Shown: positions 27,015-36,938, counted from the first letter of the stretch. The stretch: 64,000 nucleotides of DNA from Pirellulales bacterium (GCA_044236455.1 JBIIGJ010000005.1:2027-66026), one strand, 5' to 3'. Notes: a model not told the origin generated them from the sequence alone. Translations and numbers: made by a program.

Positions 27015-29519
27015 ATGCCCGCCGCCCCCGAACTCCTCGCGCCCGCTGGTGACTGGGACTGCGTCCGCGCTGCGATCGAAAACGGTGCCGACGCCGTCTA
27101 CTTCGGTCTCGATACCGGCTTCAATGCGCGGGCCCGGGCCACGAATTTCGCGGTCGCCGACCTGCCCAGGCTCATGGCCACGCTCCATCGCCGCGGGCTC
27201 AAGGGCTACGCCACGCTCAACACGCTCGTCTTCAGCGACGAACTGCCGCAGTTCGAACAGCTGATCGTGGCGGTCGCCGAGGCGGGCGTCGATGCCGTGC
27301 TCGTGCAGGATGTCGGCGCCGCCCGGCTGATCCGGTCGATCTGCCCCGATCTGCCGCTGCACGCCTCGACGCAGATGACGCTCACCAGTGCCGAGAGCAT
27401 TCGCTTGGCCGAGCAACTCGGCATGGAGCGGGTCGTCGTGGCGCGAGAGCTCTCCATCGACGAGATCGTCGCGATCCGCCGCGAGACGTCGATGCCGCTC
27501 GAGGTGTTCGTGCACGGCGCGCTGTGCGTCGCCTATTCAGGACAGTGCCTCACGAGCGAGTCGCTCGGCGGCCGTAGCGCCAACCGCGGGCAGTGCGCCC
27601 AGGCGTGCCGGCTGCCCTACGACCTCGTCTGTGATGGCAAGGACGTCGATCTCGGCGACCAGAAATACCTGCTCTCGCCGCAGGATCTCGCCGCCTATGC
27701 GCTGGCGCCGGAACTGATCGCCGCGGGCATCGCGTCGTTCAAGATCGAAGGACGGCTCAAGACGCCGGAATACGTCGCCAACATCACGAAGCACTACCGC
27801 ACCGCGATCGATGCAGCGGTGGCGGCTCAGCCGGTCGCTTTCACGTCGCGCGACGTGGAGGAGATGGAGCTGTCGTTCTCCCGCGGCTTCTCGCCAGGCT
27901 GGCTTCAGGGCTGCGACCATAAAATGCTCGTGCCTGCCACCAGCAGCGCGAAACGCGGGGTGAAGCTCGGTACTGTCGTGGCCGTCCGACGCGGCCGCGC
28001 GGTGGTCGACCTCGTGGCCGGCGTGAAACGGGGCGACGGCGTGGCCTTCGACTGCGGCCAGCCGGTCGACGACCCGGAGGGTGGCCGCGTCTACGAGGTG
28101 TTTCAGGGCGGGGAGTCACTCACCGAGGCGGTGGCGAGCGGACAGGTGGAGCTGACGTTTGGCCACGGGGCGGTCGATTTCGACAACGTTCAGCCAGGGC
28201 AAACGGTCTGGAAAACCGACGATCCCCATCTCACCGCCCGCCTGCGCAAGACCTTCGCGTCGACTGATCCTGTGCGCCGGATGCCCATCGACCTGCACGT
28301 GACGGTGGCCACGGGCGGGCCGGTGCGGATCGTGGCCACGACGTCTGGCGGAGATCGCTGCGAGATCGAATCGGACGAGCCCACGGTCGCCGCTACAAAA
28401 CACTCGCTGACCGCCGAGACGCTGCAGGCGCAACTGGCACGGCTGGGGGGCACGCCCTTCGAACTGAAGTCGCTCACGGCCGACATCACGGGCGGGCCGA
28501 TGGTGCCGCACAGCGTGCTCGGAAAGCTCCGGCACGAACTCGTCGCCCGGCTGGAGGAGGCGGTGGTGGCGCTGCCGCCGCGGCGGATCAACCGCGGTGT
28601 GTTGGCAAAAGCGGAAAGCGGACAGCGAAGAGCTGACAGCGGAGAGGGCAAAACCGAGATGGTCGCGCTGCATGTTTTGGTGCGGTCGCTCTCGCAGTTG
28701 CGTGACGTGCTCGAACTTGGCGAACGAAGCTTTTACGCCGACTTCGCCGACATTCGCCAGTATCGCGAGGCGGTGGAACTGGCACATGCACACGCCGCCA
28801 CCATCCATCTCGCCACGCCCCGGATTCAGAAGCCCGACGAGCTGGGCATCTTTCGGCTCATGGTCAAGTCCCAGCCCGACGGCGTGCTCGTCCGCAATGT
28901 CGGCGGCCTGCGATTCTTTCGCGAGCAGGGCGTGCCGATCGTCGGCGATTTTTCGCTGAATGTCACGAATGAATTGACGGCGGCCTTCTTCATGGAGGAG
29001 GGGCTCGGGCGGGTGACCGCGTCGTACGACCTCAATCGCGAACAATCACTGGCGCTGGTGGCAGCGACGCCGTCGGAGTGGCTGGAGGTGGTGATTCACC
29101 AGCACATGCCGATGTTCCACATGGAGCACTGTGTGTTCTGTGCGGTGCTGTCGCCGGGCACCAACAAGACCAACTGCGGCCGGCCGTGCGATGACCACTC
29201 GGTGAAGCTCCGCGACCGGATCGGTGTGGAGCACCCGCTCACCGCCGACGTGGGCTGTCGCAACACGCTCTTCAACGCCGTGCCGCAGAGCGCCGCCGAG
29301 GCGGTGCCGACGCTGCTGGCCCGCGGCGTCCGTCACTACCGCGTGGAACTGCTCGACGAGTCAGCGGAGACAATCGGCGACATCATCCGCAGCTACCGAG
29401 AACTGCTCGCCGGGAGAACGACCGGCCGCGAGGTGTGGGGCCGGCTCAAGGCATCCAACCGCGTGGGCGTGACCCGGGGCACGATGGAGGAACGCCGCAA
29501 CCCTCTGGCGATTTTATAG
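27015..29519 (+). CDS. long U32-family protein (peptidase U32 / RlhA-TrhP-UbiU-like fold) with a C-terminal extension
   Basis: U32 signature EVFVHGALCVAYSGQCLTSESLGGRSANRGQCAQACR. A second barrel-like region lies in the C-terminal third. Confidence 0.8.
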   Translation: MPAAPELLAPAGDWDCVRAAIENGADAVYFGLDTGFNARARATNFAVADLPRLMATLHRRGLKGYATLNTLVFSDELPQFEQLIVAVAEAGVDAVLVQDVGAARLIRSICPDLPLHASTQMTLTSAESIRLAEQLGMERVVVARELSIDEIVAIRRETSMPLEVFVHGALCVAYSGQCLTSESLGGRSANRGQCAQACRLPYDLVCDGKDVDLGDQKYLLSPQDLAAYALAPELIAAGIASFKIEGRLKTPEYVANITKHYRTAIDAAVAAQPVAFTSRDVEEMELSFSRGFSPGWLQGCDHKMLVPATSSAKRGVKLGTVVAVRRGRAVVDLVAGVKRGDGVAFDCGQPVDDPEGGRVYEVFQGGESLTEAVASGQVELTFGHGAVDFDNVQPGQTVWKTDDPHLTARLRKTFASTDPVRRMPIDLHVTVATGGPVRIVATTSGGDRCEIESDEPTVAATKHSLTAETLQAQLARLGGTPFELKSLTADITGGPMVPHSVLGKLRHELVARLEEAVVALPPRRINRGVLAKAESGQRRADSGEGKTEMVALHVLVRSLSQLRDVLELGERSFYADFADIRQYREAVELAHAHAATIHLATPRIQKPDELGIFRLMVKSQPDGVLVRNVGGLRFFREQGVPIVGDFSLNVTNELTAAFFMEEGLGRVTASYDLNREQSLALVAATPSEWLEVVIHQHMPMFHMEHCVFCAVLSPGTNKTNCGRPCDDHSVKLRDRIGVEHPLTADVGCRNTLFNAVPQSAAEAVPTLLARGVRHYRVELLDESAETIGDIIRSYRELLAGRTTGREVWGRLKASNRVGVTRGTMEERRNPLAIL

Positions 29520-29765
29520 GGCTGAAAAACGCCTGAAAAACATCGTGTGTCCGCTCGCAACGGTACCGCGGGGACTGGCTATTACGCCGACTTTACCGGC
29601 TACTTGCATCGCCCCCTGCAACGCCGTAAGACAATTGCCCAAGGCCGGCGGTACGAGTCCCCGTTTTGCGGGGAATCGGGAACGGCCTTTGCATGCTCGT
29701 CAGGGAAGACGTGCCATGTTGTGACAGACCTTCCGTGGTTCCTTCCCTTCTGGAGATGAGCGATT

Positions 29766-30896
29766 ATGAATCTTGTGGATCTTGTGACAAGCCAATTGAC
29801 CGGCGACGTGCTGGGCAAGTTGGCCGGACTGACCGGCACGAACGAGGCACAGACCCGTTCCGCCACCAACGCCGCCGTGCCGGCACTGCTGACCGCGTTT
29901 GCCAAGCTGGCCTCGACCAACAGCGGTGCCAACACATTGGCTACCTCGTTGGGCGGTCTTGACCTCAAGACGCTCGGCAACCTCGCCGGTCTTCTGGGCG
30001 GCAGTCAGGCTTCGGGCCTGGGCAGCATCGGCGGCAGCCTGCTCACCTCGTTGCTCGGCAACAACCTGGGTGGCCTTGTGAGCACGATCGCTTCGTTCGC
30101 GGGCATGCAGCCCGGCATCATGAAGACGCTGCTTACCTATCTCGCCCCGATCGTGCTGGGCGCGGTCGCGAACTCGTTCAAGGGTGCCAAGCCCGATGCG
30201 GCCGGCCTGATGCGGCTGTTCTCGGAGCAGCAAAGCAACATCAAGGCGGCGCTGCCGCGTGGCCTGTCGCTCGCCGACTTCGACACGACCTCGGCCTCGC
30301 CGCGGCGTGCCGAGGAGACCCGCGGCGCGCACCGGCATGACGAGCCCGCCTCGGCGTTCCCGTCGTGGCTGCCGCTGCTGCTGCTGCCCCTGTTGGGCCT
30401 CGTGGGCTGGGCGTTGTGGCCGAAGCCGGCACCGGCGCCCCGCGCCGTCGTGGTCAACGAGACTGTTCGTCAGGAAGGCCCCCTGGTCGTTGATCGGACC
30501 GAGGCCGTCGAAATGGAGGGCAAGAAGGTCGTCGCCGACGTCGTCGAGGAGACGATCGCATTGGCCCCCGGCATGGCCGAAGCCCTGAAGGTAGGCGAGA
30601 ACCTCACCGGTCTGTTTGGCAACCTCGGCAAGGTGTTCGGCACCGTGACCGACGAGGCCTCGGCCCGGGCTGCGATCCCGCAACTGAACGACTATGCCCC
30701 GGTGCTCGAGTCGCTGCAGAAGTCGACCGTCGCGCTGCCGGAGGCCGGCCGTTCGACGATCGCGGAACTGGTCGTGAAGAACATGGGCGTCCTGCAGAAG
30801 GTGATCGACACCGTCATGGCGATTCCCGGCGTCAAGGAGATCCTTGGCCCCACCGTCACGCCGATGATCGAGACCCTCTCGAAGCTCGGCAAGTAA
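29766..30896 (+). CDS. DUF937-like protein with a central TM segment
   Basis: The N-terminus MNLVDLVTSQLTGDVLGKLAGLTG...AVPALLTAFAKLAS resembles DUF937. It is followed by WLPLLLLPLLGLVGWALW. Confidence 0.55.
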   Translation: MNLVDLVTSQLTGDVLGKLAGLTGTNEAQTRSATNAAVPALLTAFAKLASTNSGANTLATSLGGLDLKTLGNLAGLLGGSQASGLGSIGGSLLTSLLGNNLGGLVSTIASFAGMQPGIMKTLLTYLAPIVLGAVANSFKGAKPDAAGLMRLFSEQQSNIKAALPRGLSLADFDTTSASPRRAEETRGAHRHDEPASAFPSWLPLLLLPLLGLVGWALWPKPAPAPRAVVVNETVRQEGPLVVDRTEAVEMEGKKVVADVVEETIALAPGMAEALKVGENLTGLFGNLGKVFGTVTDEASARAAIPQLNDYAPVLESLQKSTVALPEAGRSTIAELVVKNMGVLQKVIDTVMAIPGVKEILGPTVTPMIETLSKLGK

Positions 30897-30939
30897 TGCG
30901 GTTGGGCGGCGTCATGCCGCTCGCCTGCTCAACACAAGA

Positions 30940-30972
30940 CCGGCCCGGATCGGCCCCGCCGATCCGGGCCGG
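30940..30972. terminator. bidirectional hairpin between convergent genes
   Basis: Perfect 14-bp stem ccggcccggatcgg/ccgatccgggccgg with a 5-nt loop. Followed by ctgctttgtgg on the plus strand. Confidence 0.6.
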
Positions 30973-30983
30973 CTGCTTTGTGG

Positions 30984-33782
30984 TCACCAGTAGATGTACT
31001 GCAGGAACCGCTCGTGATCGGGCTTCGGGAGATCGTCCACGTCGCGGACGACCCAGCGGTTGTCCTCCGTGTCGACCAGCATCTTGCCGTCGGCACCGAA
31101 GTCGATCGCCTGGCTCTGCGTCCACCGCATCGTGAAGGCCTGGCGGCCGGCCTCGGTTTCCACGTCGAGATCGAGGTAGCCATGGGCGAGCTTCACGCTA
31201 TGCACCCGCGTGATCGTTCGCACCAGCGATCGCCGCGTCAGTGCCGTCCGCACGACCATCGCGTTGGCGTCGCTCCAGCCGTCGAGCGTCCTGATCATCC
31301 CCAGTTCGACCTCCTCGCCCGTCTCGCCCCAGCCACGGACCGAGAGATAGCCCTCCGGATGCGTGGCCGGGAACGTGCGGACCACGAAGATTCCAGCGGC
31401 GATCCGCGTGTCGTCTTTCCAGAGCTCGATCCGCTCATGTGAGCCGATCGCGAAGCTGTGCTCATGCGGGTCGAGCCACTCGATGCAGGTGGCGGTGGGC
31501 GGCCTTGTGGGCTCCTGCGCCGCATCCGGTGCGGGCCGTCCGGGCCCGGTCTTCTCCTCCACGAGCAGGGTGTCGACCGTGGGCTGCTTCGAGACCTGGG
31601 TCTGGATCCGCACGAGGCGGGCGTAGATGCCATCGGCAGCGAGCAGTTCGGCGTGGGTGCCCTGCTCGACGAGCCGGCCACGATCGAAGGCGAGGATGCG
31701 GTCGGCGTTGCGGAGCGTGGAGAGCCGATGGGCGATGGCGATCGTCGTCCTGCCGCGGACGAGGACGGCGAGCGCCTCCTGGATGCTCTTCTCTGCCTCG
31801 GCGTCGATGTTGCTCGTCGCCTCGTCGAGCACGAGCACCCGGGGATCGTAAAGCAGCGTTCTCGCGATCGAGAGACGTTGCTTTTCGCCGCCTGACAGGC
31901 CGGCACCGTGTTCGCCCAGGAGCGTTTCGTAGGCCAGCGGCTGGCGGCAGAGAAAGTCGTGGGCGCCGGCCGCCTTCGCGGCCGCGAGGCCCTGCTCGAT
32001 CGTCGCCTGCGGTCGGCCGTAGGAGAGGTTTTTCCAGATCGTGCCCCGGAAGAGGAACGATTCCTGGAAGACGACGCCCAGCTTCTCGCGCAGGTCGTGC
32101 ATCGACAGGTCGCGGATGTCGATGCCGTCGACCGTGATGCTTCCCTCCTGCACGTCGTGAAATCGCGACAGCAGGCTGACGAGCGTGGTCTTGCCGGAGC
32201 CGCTCCGCCCCACGATCCCCACCATCTCCCCCGGCCGCACGTCGAACGACACGTCGCGGAGCACCGGCTGGTTGCGGTCGTAGCCGAACGTGACGTCCTG
32301 AAAGCGGATCGCCCCGCGGACGTTCTCCCAGGCCACCGGCTCCTTTGGCTCCGTGATCAGGGCCGGCGTGTCGAGCAGCTCCAGCACCCGCTGGCTGCCC
32401 GAGAGAAAGCTCGTCAGCCAGGTCGTGAAGTTCGAGAGGGCGCCCAGAGGGGCATAAAACATCGCCAGGTAGGCGAGGAAGGCGATCAGTTGGCCCAGCG
32501 TCATCTGGCCGCCGATCACATCCCGCCCACCGACGTACCAGACGATCAGCCCGCCGAGACCGAACACGATCTGCATCGATGCGGCATAGGTGGTGTTGGT
32601 GTGTTCGACCCATTGCCGCCAATGGCGGAGGTGATCGCTGGCGGAATGGAAGCGGTCTCGCTCCCGCGATTCCTGCGAGAAGGCCTTCACGACGCGGATA
32701 CCGGAGAGCATGCCGGAGAGGGCCGCCATCTGCTTGCTCGAGGCGTCCCAGAGCCGGTAGTGCCGCGGGTAGACATGCCGCCAGAAGATCCACGAGCCGA
32801 GGATCACCAAGGGCACCGGAATGAGCGTGAACAGCGCGAGCTTGGGATTGATCCAGACGAGCATCGCGCCCACGCCGACAAGCTGCACGATCTGCAGCAG
32901 GAAGCCTCCGGTGATCTGGTGCATGAGGCCGTGCAGTGCCTCGCTGTCGTGGGCCACGCGGCTGATCATCGATCCGACCTGGTGACGGTCGTAGTAGGCA
33001 ATCGAGAGGCTCTGCAGTTTGTTCACCATCTCGTCGCGCAGGGTCGCAGTGATGCCCGTGCCGATATCGGTGGCGAGGCGACCCTTGAGAATGCCGACCA
33101 CCGAGAGCAGCACGCGGGAGAGGGCCAGCGCCAAGACGACAACCAGGAGCGCCGTCTTGAAGTCGGGCGGGGTCGTCGCCGCATCGGCCCGCCCCGACAG
33201 GATGTTGTCGACCATGTATTGCTGCAGTTTGGGGGGCGCGAGTTCGGCCACGACGCCCAGAAGCGTCAGCATGCACAGCAGGATCGCGCCGCGGGTGTAG
33301 GGGCGGAGCAGTTCCCCTACGCGCCGCAGGATCTGCCCCTTCTGCATGCACCGTGGGCAGGTGTCGTCACGGGTCGCGAGCCTGAGGCTGCAGGACGGAC
33401 ACCGTGGCGGATCGAGAGGCCCCGTGCGGGCATCGCCGTCGCTCCAGCCGGGCAGCATGGCCAGCGGCTTGCCGTTGGCTGGGGCCGCGTCGCGTGCCTG
33501 CTCCAGAGCCCGCGACACCTTGTGAAACCGTGTCGCCATGGCGTTGGAATACCGCACCAGATCGACCCAGTCGCCCCCATCGCGCACCTGCAACGTGCCG
33601 CCCCCCACGCCGGCGCTCGTCCGCACCTGATCGATGCCTTCCCAGGGCACGCTTCGTAAGGGGCTGCCGGCGACAGCCCCCTCCACCGGCGCAGCCAGTG
33701 GCAAAGTCTGTTCGGGGATCACGGAGAGGTGGTCGGGCGTGACGACAAGCCATTCCCTGGCGGGGCGGCCGTCCAACGCCAC
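30984..33782 (-). CDS. ABC exporter (TMD-NBD half transporter) fused to an N-terminal extension with a zinc ribbon and a C-terminal DUF1854-like domain
   Basis: Type I exporter TMD. Walker A GRSGSGKTT, signature LSGGEKQR, Walker B LVLDEATS. N-terminal CPSC...CPRC zinc ribbon. The C-terminal ~160 aa (VRTFPATHPEGYLSV...) resemble DUF1854. GTG start. Confidence 0.85.
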   Translation of the reverse strand: MALDGRPAREWLVVTPDHLSVIPEQTLPLAAPVEGAVAGSPLRSVPWEGIDQVRTSAGVGGGTLQVRDGGDWVDLVRYSNAMATRFHKVSRALEQARDAAPANGKPLAMLPGWSDGDARTGPLDPPRCPSCSLRLATRDDTCPRCMQKGQILRRVGELLRPYTRGAILLCMLTLLGVVAELAPPKLQQYMVDNILSGRADAATTPPDFKTALLVVVLALALSRVLLSVVGILKGRLATDIGTGITATLRDEMVNKLQSLSIAYYDRHQVGSMISRVAHDSEALHGLMHQITGGFLLQIVQLVGVGAMLVWINPKLALFTLIPVPLVILGSWIFWRHVYPRHYRLWDASSKQMAALSGMLSGIRVVKAFSQESRERDRFHSASDHLRHWRQWVEHTNTTYAASMQIVFGLGGLIVWYVGGRDVIGGQMTLGQLIAFLAYLAMFYAPLGALSNFTTWLTSFLSGSQRVLELLDTPALITEPKEPVAWENVRGAIRFQDVTFGYDRNQPVLRDVSFDVRPGEMVGIVGRSGSGKTTLVSLLSRFHDVQEGSITVDGIDIRDLSMHDLREKLGVVFQESFLFRGTIWKNLSYGRPQATIEQGLAAAKAAGAHDFLCRQPLAYETLLGEHGAGLSGGEKQRLSIARTLLYDPRVLVLDEATSNIDAEAEKSIQEALAVLVRGRTTIAIAHRLSTLRNADRILAFDRGRLVEQGTHAELLAADGIYARLVRIQTQVSKQPTVDTLLVEEKTGPGRPAPDAAQEPTRPPTATCIEWLDPHEHSFAIGSHERIELWKDDTRIAAGIFVVRTFPATHPEGYLSVRGWGETGEEVELGMIRTLDGWSDANAMVVRTALTRRSLVRTITRVHSVKLAHGYLDLDVETEAGRQAFTMRWTQSQAIDFGADGKMLVDTEDNRWVVRDVDDLPKPDHERFLQYIYW

Positions 33783-34220
33783 GTCGGTGTCGACCGAGAG
33801 CAGGATCGGCCGGTGGTTGAGCCCCGCCCGATCGAGCGAGTGCCGTACGGCGGGCGGGAGCGGGGGGAGCGGCGGCGTTGACGGAACGCTGGGATTCTTG
33901 CCCGCGGCGGGAGTCTGATCCGACAGTTCGGCGTAGAGCGTGGTAATCGCGGCGTCCTTTGCAAGTCCTGGTACGAGGATTCGGCTCCTGGCATACGCAC
34001 GCTGCCCGGGCCTGGTTCATGGCCGGAGGGGGCGGTCAACATGCGGGGCGTCTGCGTGCCGATCCTGGGGCATGGAATGGCTCCCACCAGAGCCTGTCAG
34101 GTCCCTTTCGATTCGTCTCCAGCCGCTCTTTACGCGGCGACAGACTGAAGTTTATTCTTCCATGAGTCCGATCGTAAACATGGTAATGATTCCCTCGAAC
34201 TCGCCCCCACAGGTGCATTT

Positions 34221-35183
34221 ATGAGCACGCCCACTTTGCCGGCAGGTATTCGTGACGACATCACCCAGTGCATCGGCAGGACGCCGCTCGTCCGCCTGCG
34301 GCGGGTGACAGAAGGCTGCGTGGCGACTGTGGTCGGCAAGATCGAAAACATGAATCCGCTTTGGAGCGTGAAAGACCGCATCGCCGCCGCGATGGTCGAT
34401 GCCGCCGAACGCGATGGGCTGATCGGCCCCGACACGATCATCATCGAGCCCACCAGCGGCAACACCGGGATCGGCTTGGCCTATGTCTGCGCCGCCCGCG
34501 GCTACAAACTGCGGGTGACCATGCCGGAGAGCATGAGCCTCGAACGCCGGCGGATGCTCAAGGCGCTTGGGGCCGAACTCGTGCTGACGCCCGCCGCCGA
34601 AGGCATGCCCGGCGCGGTCCGCCACGCCGACGAGATCAGCCGTTTGAGCAGCCAGTTTTTCATGCCGCAGCAGTTCAAGAACCCGGCCAACCCCGAGGTT
34701 CATCGCAGGACGACGGCCGCGGAAATCTGGGAAGACACCGAGGGGCAGATCGACATTCTCGTCTGCGGCGTGGGCACGGGCGGCACGATCACCGGTTGCG
34801 GCGAGGCGCTCAAGGCCAAGAAGCCGGACCTCAAGGTCGTGGCCGTCGAGCCGGCCAACAGCCCGGTGATCTCGCAGAAACTTGCTGGCGAGCCAATCAA
34901 GCCGGGGCGTCACACGATCCAGGGCATCGGCGCGGGCTTCATCCCTGACATCCTGAACCTCAACATCATCGACGAGGTGGTCAAGGTCGACGACGAGGAT
35001 GCGATGGAGACGGCGCGGCAGATGGCCAAGCGAGAAGGATTGATGTGCGGCATCAGTTGCGGGGCGGCAGCCTGGGGCGCCCTGCAGGTGGCGCGGCGGC
35101 CCGAGAACGCCGGCAAGATGATCGTGGTGGTCCTGCCCGATCTCGGCGAGCGCTACCTCTCGACTCGGCTCTTTCCTGAGTGA
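34221..35183 (+). CDS. cysK: cysteine synthase A (O-acetylserine sulfhydrylase)
   Basis: [34 protein letters not shown]. Confidence 0.9.
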   Translation: MSTPTLPAGIRDDITQCIGRTPLVRLRRVTEGCVATVVGKIENMNPLWSVKDRIAAAMVDAAERDGLIGPDTIIIEPTSGNTGIGLAYVCAARGYKLRVTMPESMSLERRRMLKALGAELVLTPAAEGMPGAVRHADEISRLSSQFFMPQQFKNPANPEVHRRTTAAEIWEDTEGQIDILVCGVGTGGTITGCGEALKAKKPDLKVVAVEPANSPVISQKLAGEPIKPGRHTIQGIGAGFIPDILNLNIIDEVVKVDDEDAMETARQMAKREGLMCGISCGAAAWGALQVARRPENAGKMIVVVLPDLGERYLSTRLFPE

Positions 35184-35185
35184 AA

Positions 35186-35288
35186 GAAAATAGGGACGGG
35201 AGCGATTTTTTTGAAGCAACCGTGCCCCTCCTCGGACGAGAGAGGTATCACCTCGGCCGACCGAAAAATCGCTCCCGTCCCTATTTTC
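35186..35288. terminator. 25-bp perfect inverted repeat (bidirectional terminator-like palindromic element)
   Basis: gaaaatagggacgggagcgattttt (35186-35210) pairs with aaaaatcgctcccgtccctattttc (35264-35288). T runs lie on both outer sides, between convergent cysK and the esterase gene. Confidence 0.6.
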
Positions 35289-36180
35289 GCTGGCTGAAGA
35301 GCCAGTCGAGCACGAACCCATCCCGGTAGGCCGGGGTCCACGAATCGTGGCCCACTCCCGCCAGTTCGGAATAGATGGGACGGCCACCGGCCGCCTTCAC
35401 GGCCGCGATCATGGAGCGAGACCGCTCCACCGGCACGGCCGTGTCGGCATCGCCATGAAAACACCAGATCGGCAGTGCCGCGATGCGGCCTGCGACATCG
35501 TCATCTCCGCCGCCGCAGACAGGCAGGATGGCGGCGAAGCGGTTGGGCATCCGAGCCGCCAGATCCCACGTGCCGAAGCCGCCCATCGAGAGGCCCGTCA
35601 GGTAGATGCGGGCCGGATCGACCTGCTCCCGCGTGATCGTCTCCTCGAGGGCTTGAATCACAGCCGACAGATCGATGGTGGGGGTGGCGGGCTGCGGCGT
35701 GCTCTTCGCGTCGGCCCACGAGACATCCACCCACCGCTCGTCCATTCGGCACTGTGGAGCGAGCACGAAGCACGGGTGCCGCTGCCGCACGGCCGGATCG
35801 GCCAGCCATGTCGGCAGATACTTGAGTTGTTTGGCGTTGTCATTGCCCCGCTCTCCCGCCCCATGCAGAAAGAGCACGAGCGGATGGCGACCTCCGGATC
35901 GCCCGTTGCCGCTGGCAGGCTCGGGGCGGAGCAAGCGATAGCGAAACTCGACCGTCTCGTTCCCCTCGGCAACGCGAACGGAACGTTCCTCGTAGGCCAT
36001 GGTGATCTCGGAATTCGCTCCGCCGTTTTCCCTGGCGGTGGCTGTTGGGGTCTGCACGGGTGGCTCCTCGGCGCGGGTCGGGCTCGAGACAGAGACGGCA
36101 AACCATGCCATACAGATGGCCGATCCCATGCCGATCAACGAAACGGATGATGTGCGGCGGGGCATATGGATGATGTTCAT
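35281..36180 (-). CDS. secreted alpha/beta hydrolase (phospholipase/carboxylesterase or predicted peptidase type)
   Basis: Signal peptide. PLVLFLHGAGERGNDN, nucleophile elbow GLSMGG, and a C-terminal HGDAD...GH. Confidence 0.7.
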   Translation of the reverse strand: MNIIHMPRRTSSVSLIGMGSAICMAWFAVSVSSPTRAEEPPVQTPTATARENGGANSEITMAYEERSVRVAEGNETVEFRYRLLRPEPASGNGRSGGRHPLVLFLHGAGERGNDNAKQLKYLPTWLADPAVRQRHPCFVLAPQCRMDERWVDVSWADAKSTPQPATPTIDLSAVIQALEETITREQVDPARIYLTGLSMGGFGTWDLAARMPNRFAAILPVCGGGDDDVAGRIAALPIWCFHGDADTAVPVERSRSMIAAVKAAGGRPIYSELAGVGHDSWTPAYRDGFVLDWLFSQRK

Positions 36181-36188
36181 GGAAGAGG

Positions 36189-36938
36189 CTAGTCTGCCGT
36201 GGTGCCGATTGCCAGTTTCACGCGGCGTGGCATGGTCATCCGCGAAAAGAGACCGACCGCACCGGCAGGCAGGCCGAGGAATTCGAGCCGTTCAAACCAG
36301 GATGGCACCTCGGCCGCCAATTTTCCGACAGCCGTTCCCCGTAGGTCGAGGGACCGCAGGTTCTTCAGCCCTTTGAGCTGGAGGAGCCCCTCGTCGGTGA
36401 GCCTGCCGCCCGCAAGATCGAGCACGGCCAGATCAATCAGGGAATCCGCGCGAAATCCCAGGAGGATCGCGAACACATCGTCCGCGGCGGGCCCCCGGAG
36501 TCGCACGGATACGAGTTTGTCGGCCACGTGGCCAAAGTCTTCACCGAACGACTTGCGGAGCCAATCCGTTTCCTCCATTTCCACCTCCCCGCCGCGTTCG
36601 ATCGTTTCGCTCACGACATCCTGCTGCTGTGAATAGGCCTCGATCTTCGACGCCAGCCATTCCAGCTTGCCCGCCTTGAACTGCACGAATTCGTTCGCCT
36701 CCTCGAATGCCTTCTGCAGCAGGATGAACTGCTCCGGATCGCCCCCGCGGTCGGGGTGCATCGCCTTCGCCTTGACGAGGTAGGCCTGCTTAACGTCTTC
36801 CGTGGTGACTGGGGGCAACAGCCCCAGGACGGCGAGGCACTTTGGGTGGTGTGGGGATGTTGGCGAGCCGGGGCCCCCCGGCTGGAGAGCTGGGTCTTTC
36901 GAAGAACTGCGAGAGGACGAAGACTGGGGGGAATTCAT
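36189..36938 (-). CDS. J-domain protein with C-terminal leucine-rich repeats
   Basis: J domain (VKQAYLVKAKAMHPDRGGDPEQFILLQKAFEEA, with HPD present). The C-terminus carries LDLAGGRLTDEGLLQLKGLKNLRSLDLRGTAV. Confidence 0.6.
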   Translation of the reverse strand: MNSPQSSSSRSSSKDPALQPGGPGSPTSPHHPKCLAVLGLLPPVTTEDVKQAYLVKAKAMHPDRGGDPEQFILLQKAFEEANEFVQFKAGKLEWLASKIEAYSQQQDVVSETIERGGEVEMEETDWLRKSFGEDFGHVADKLVSVRLRGPAADDVFAILLGFRADSLIDLAVLDLAGGRLTDEGLLQLKGLKNLRSLDLRGTAVGKLAAEVPSWFERLEFLGLPAGAVGLFSRMTMPRRVKLAIGTTAD

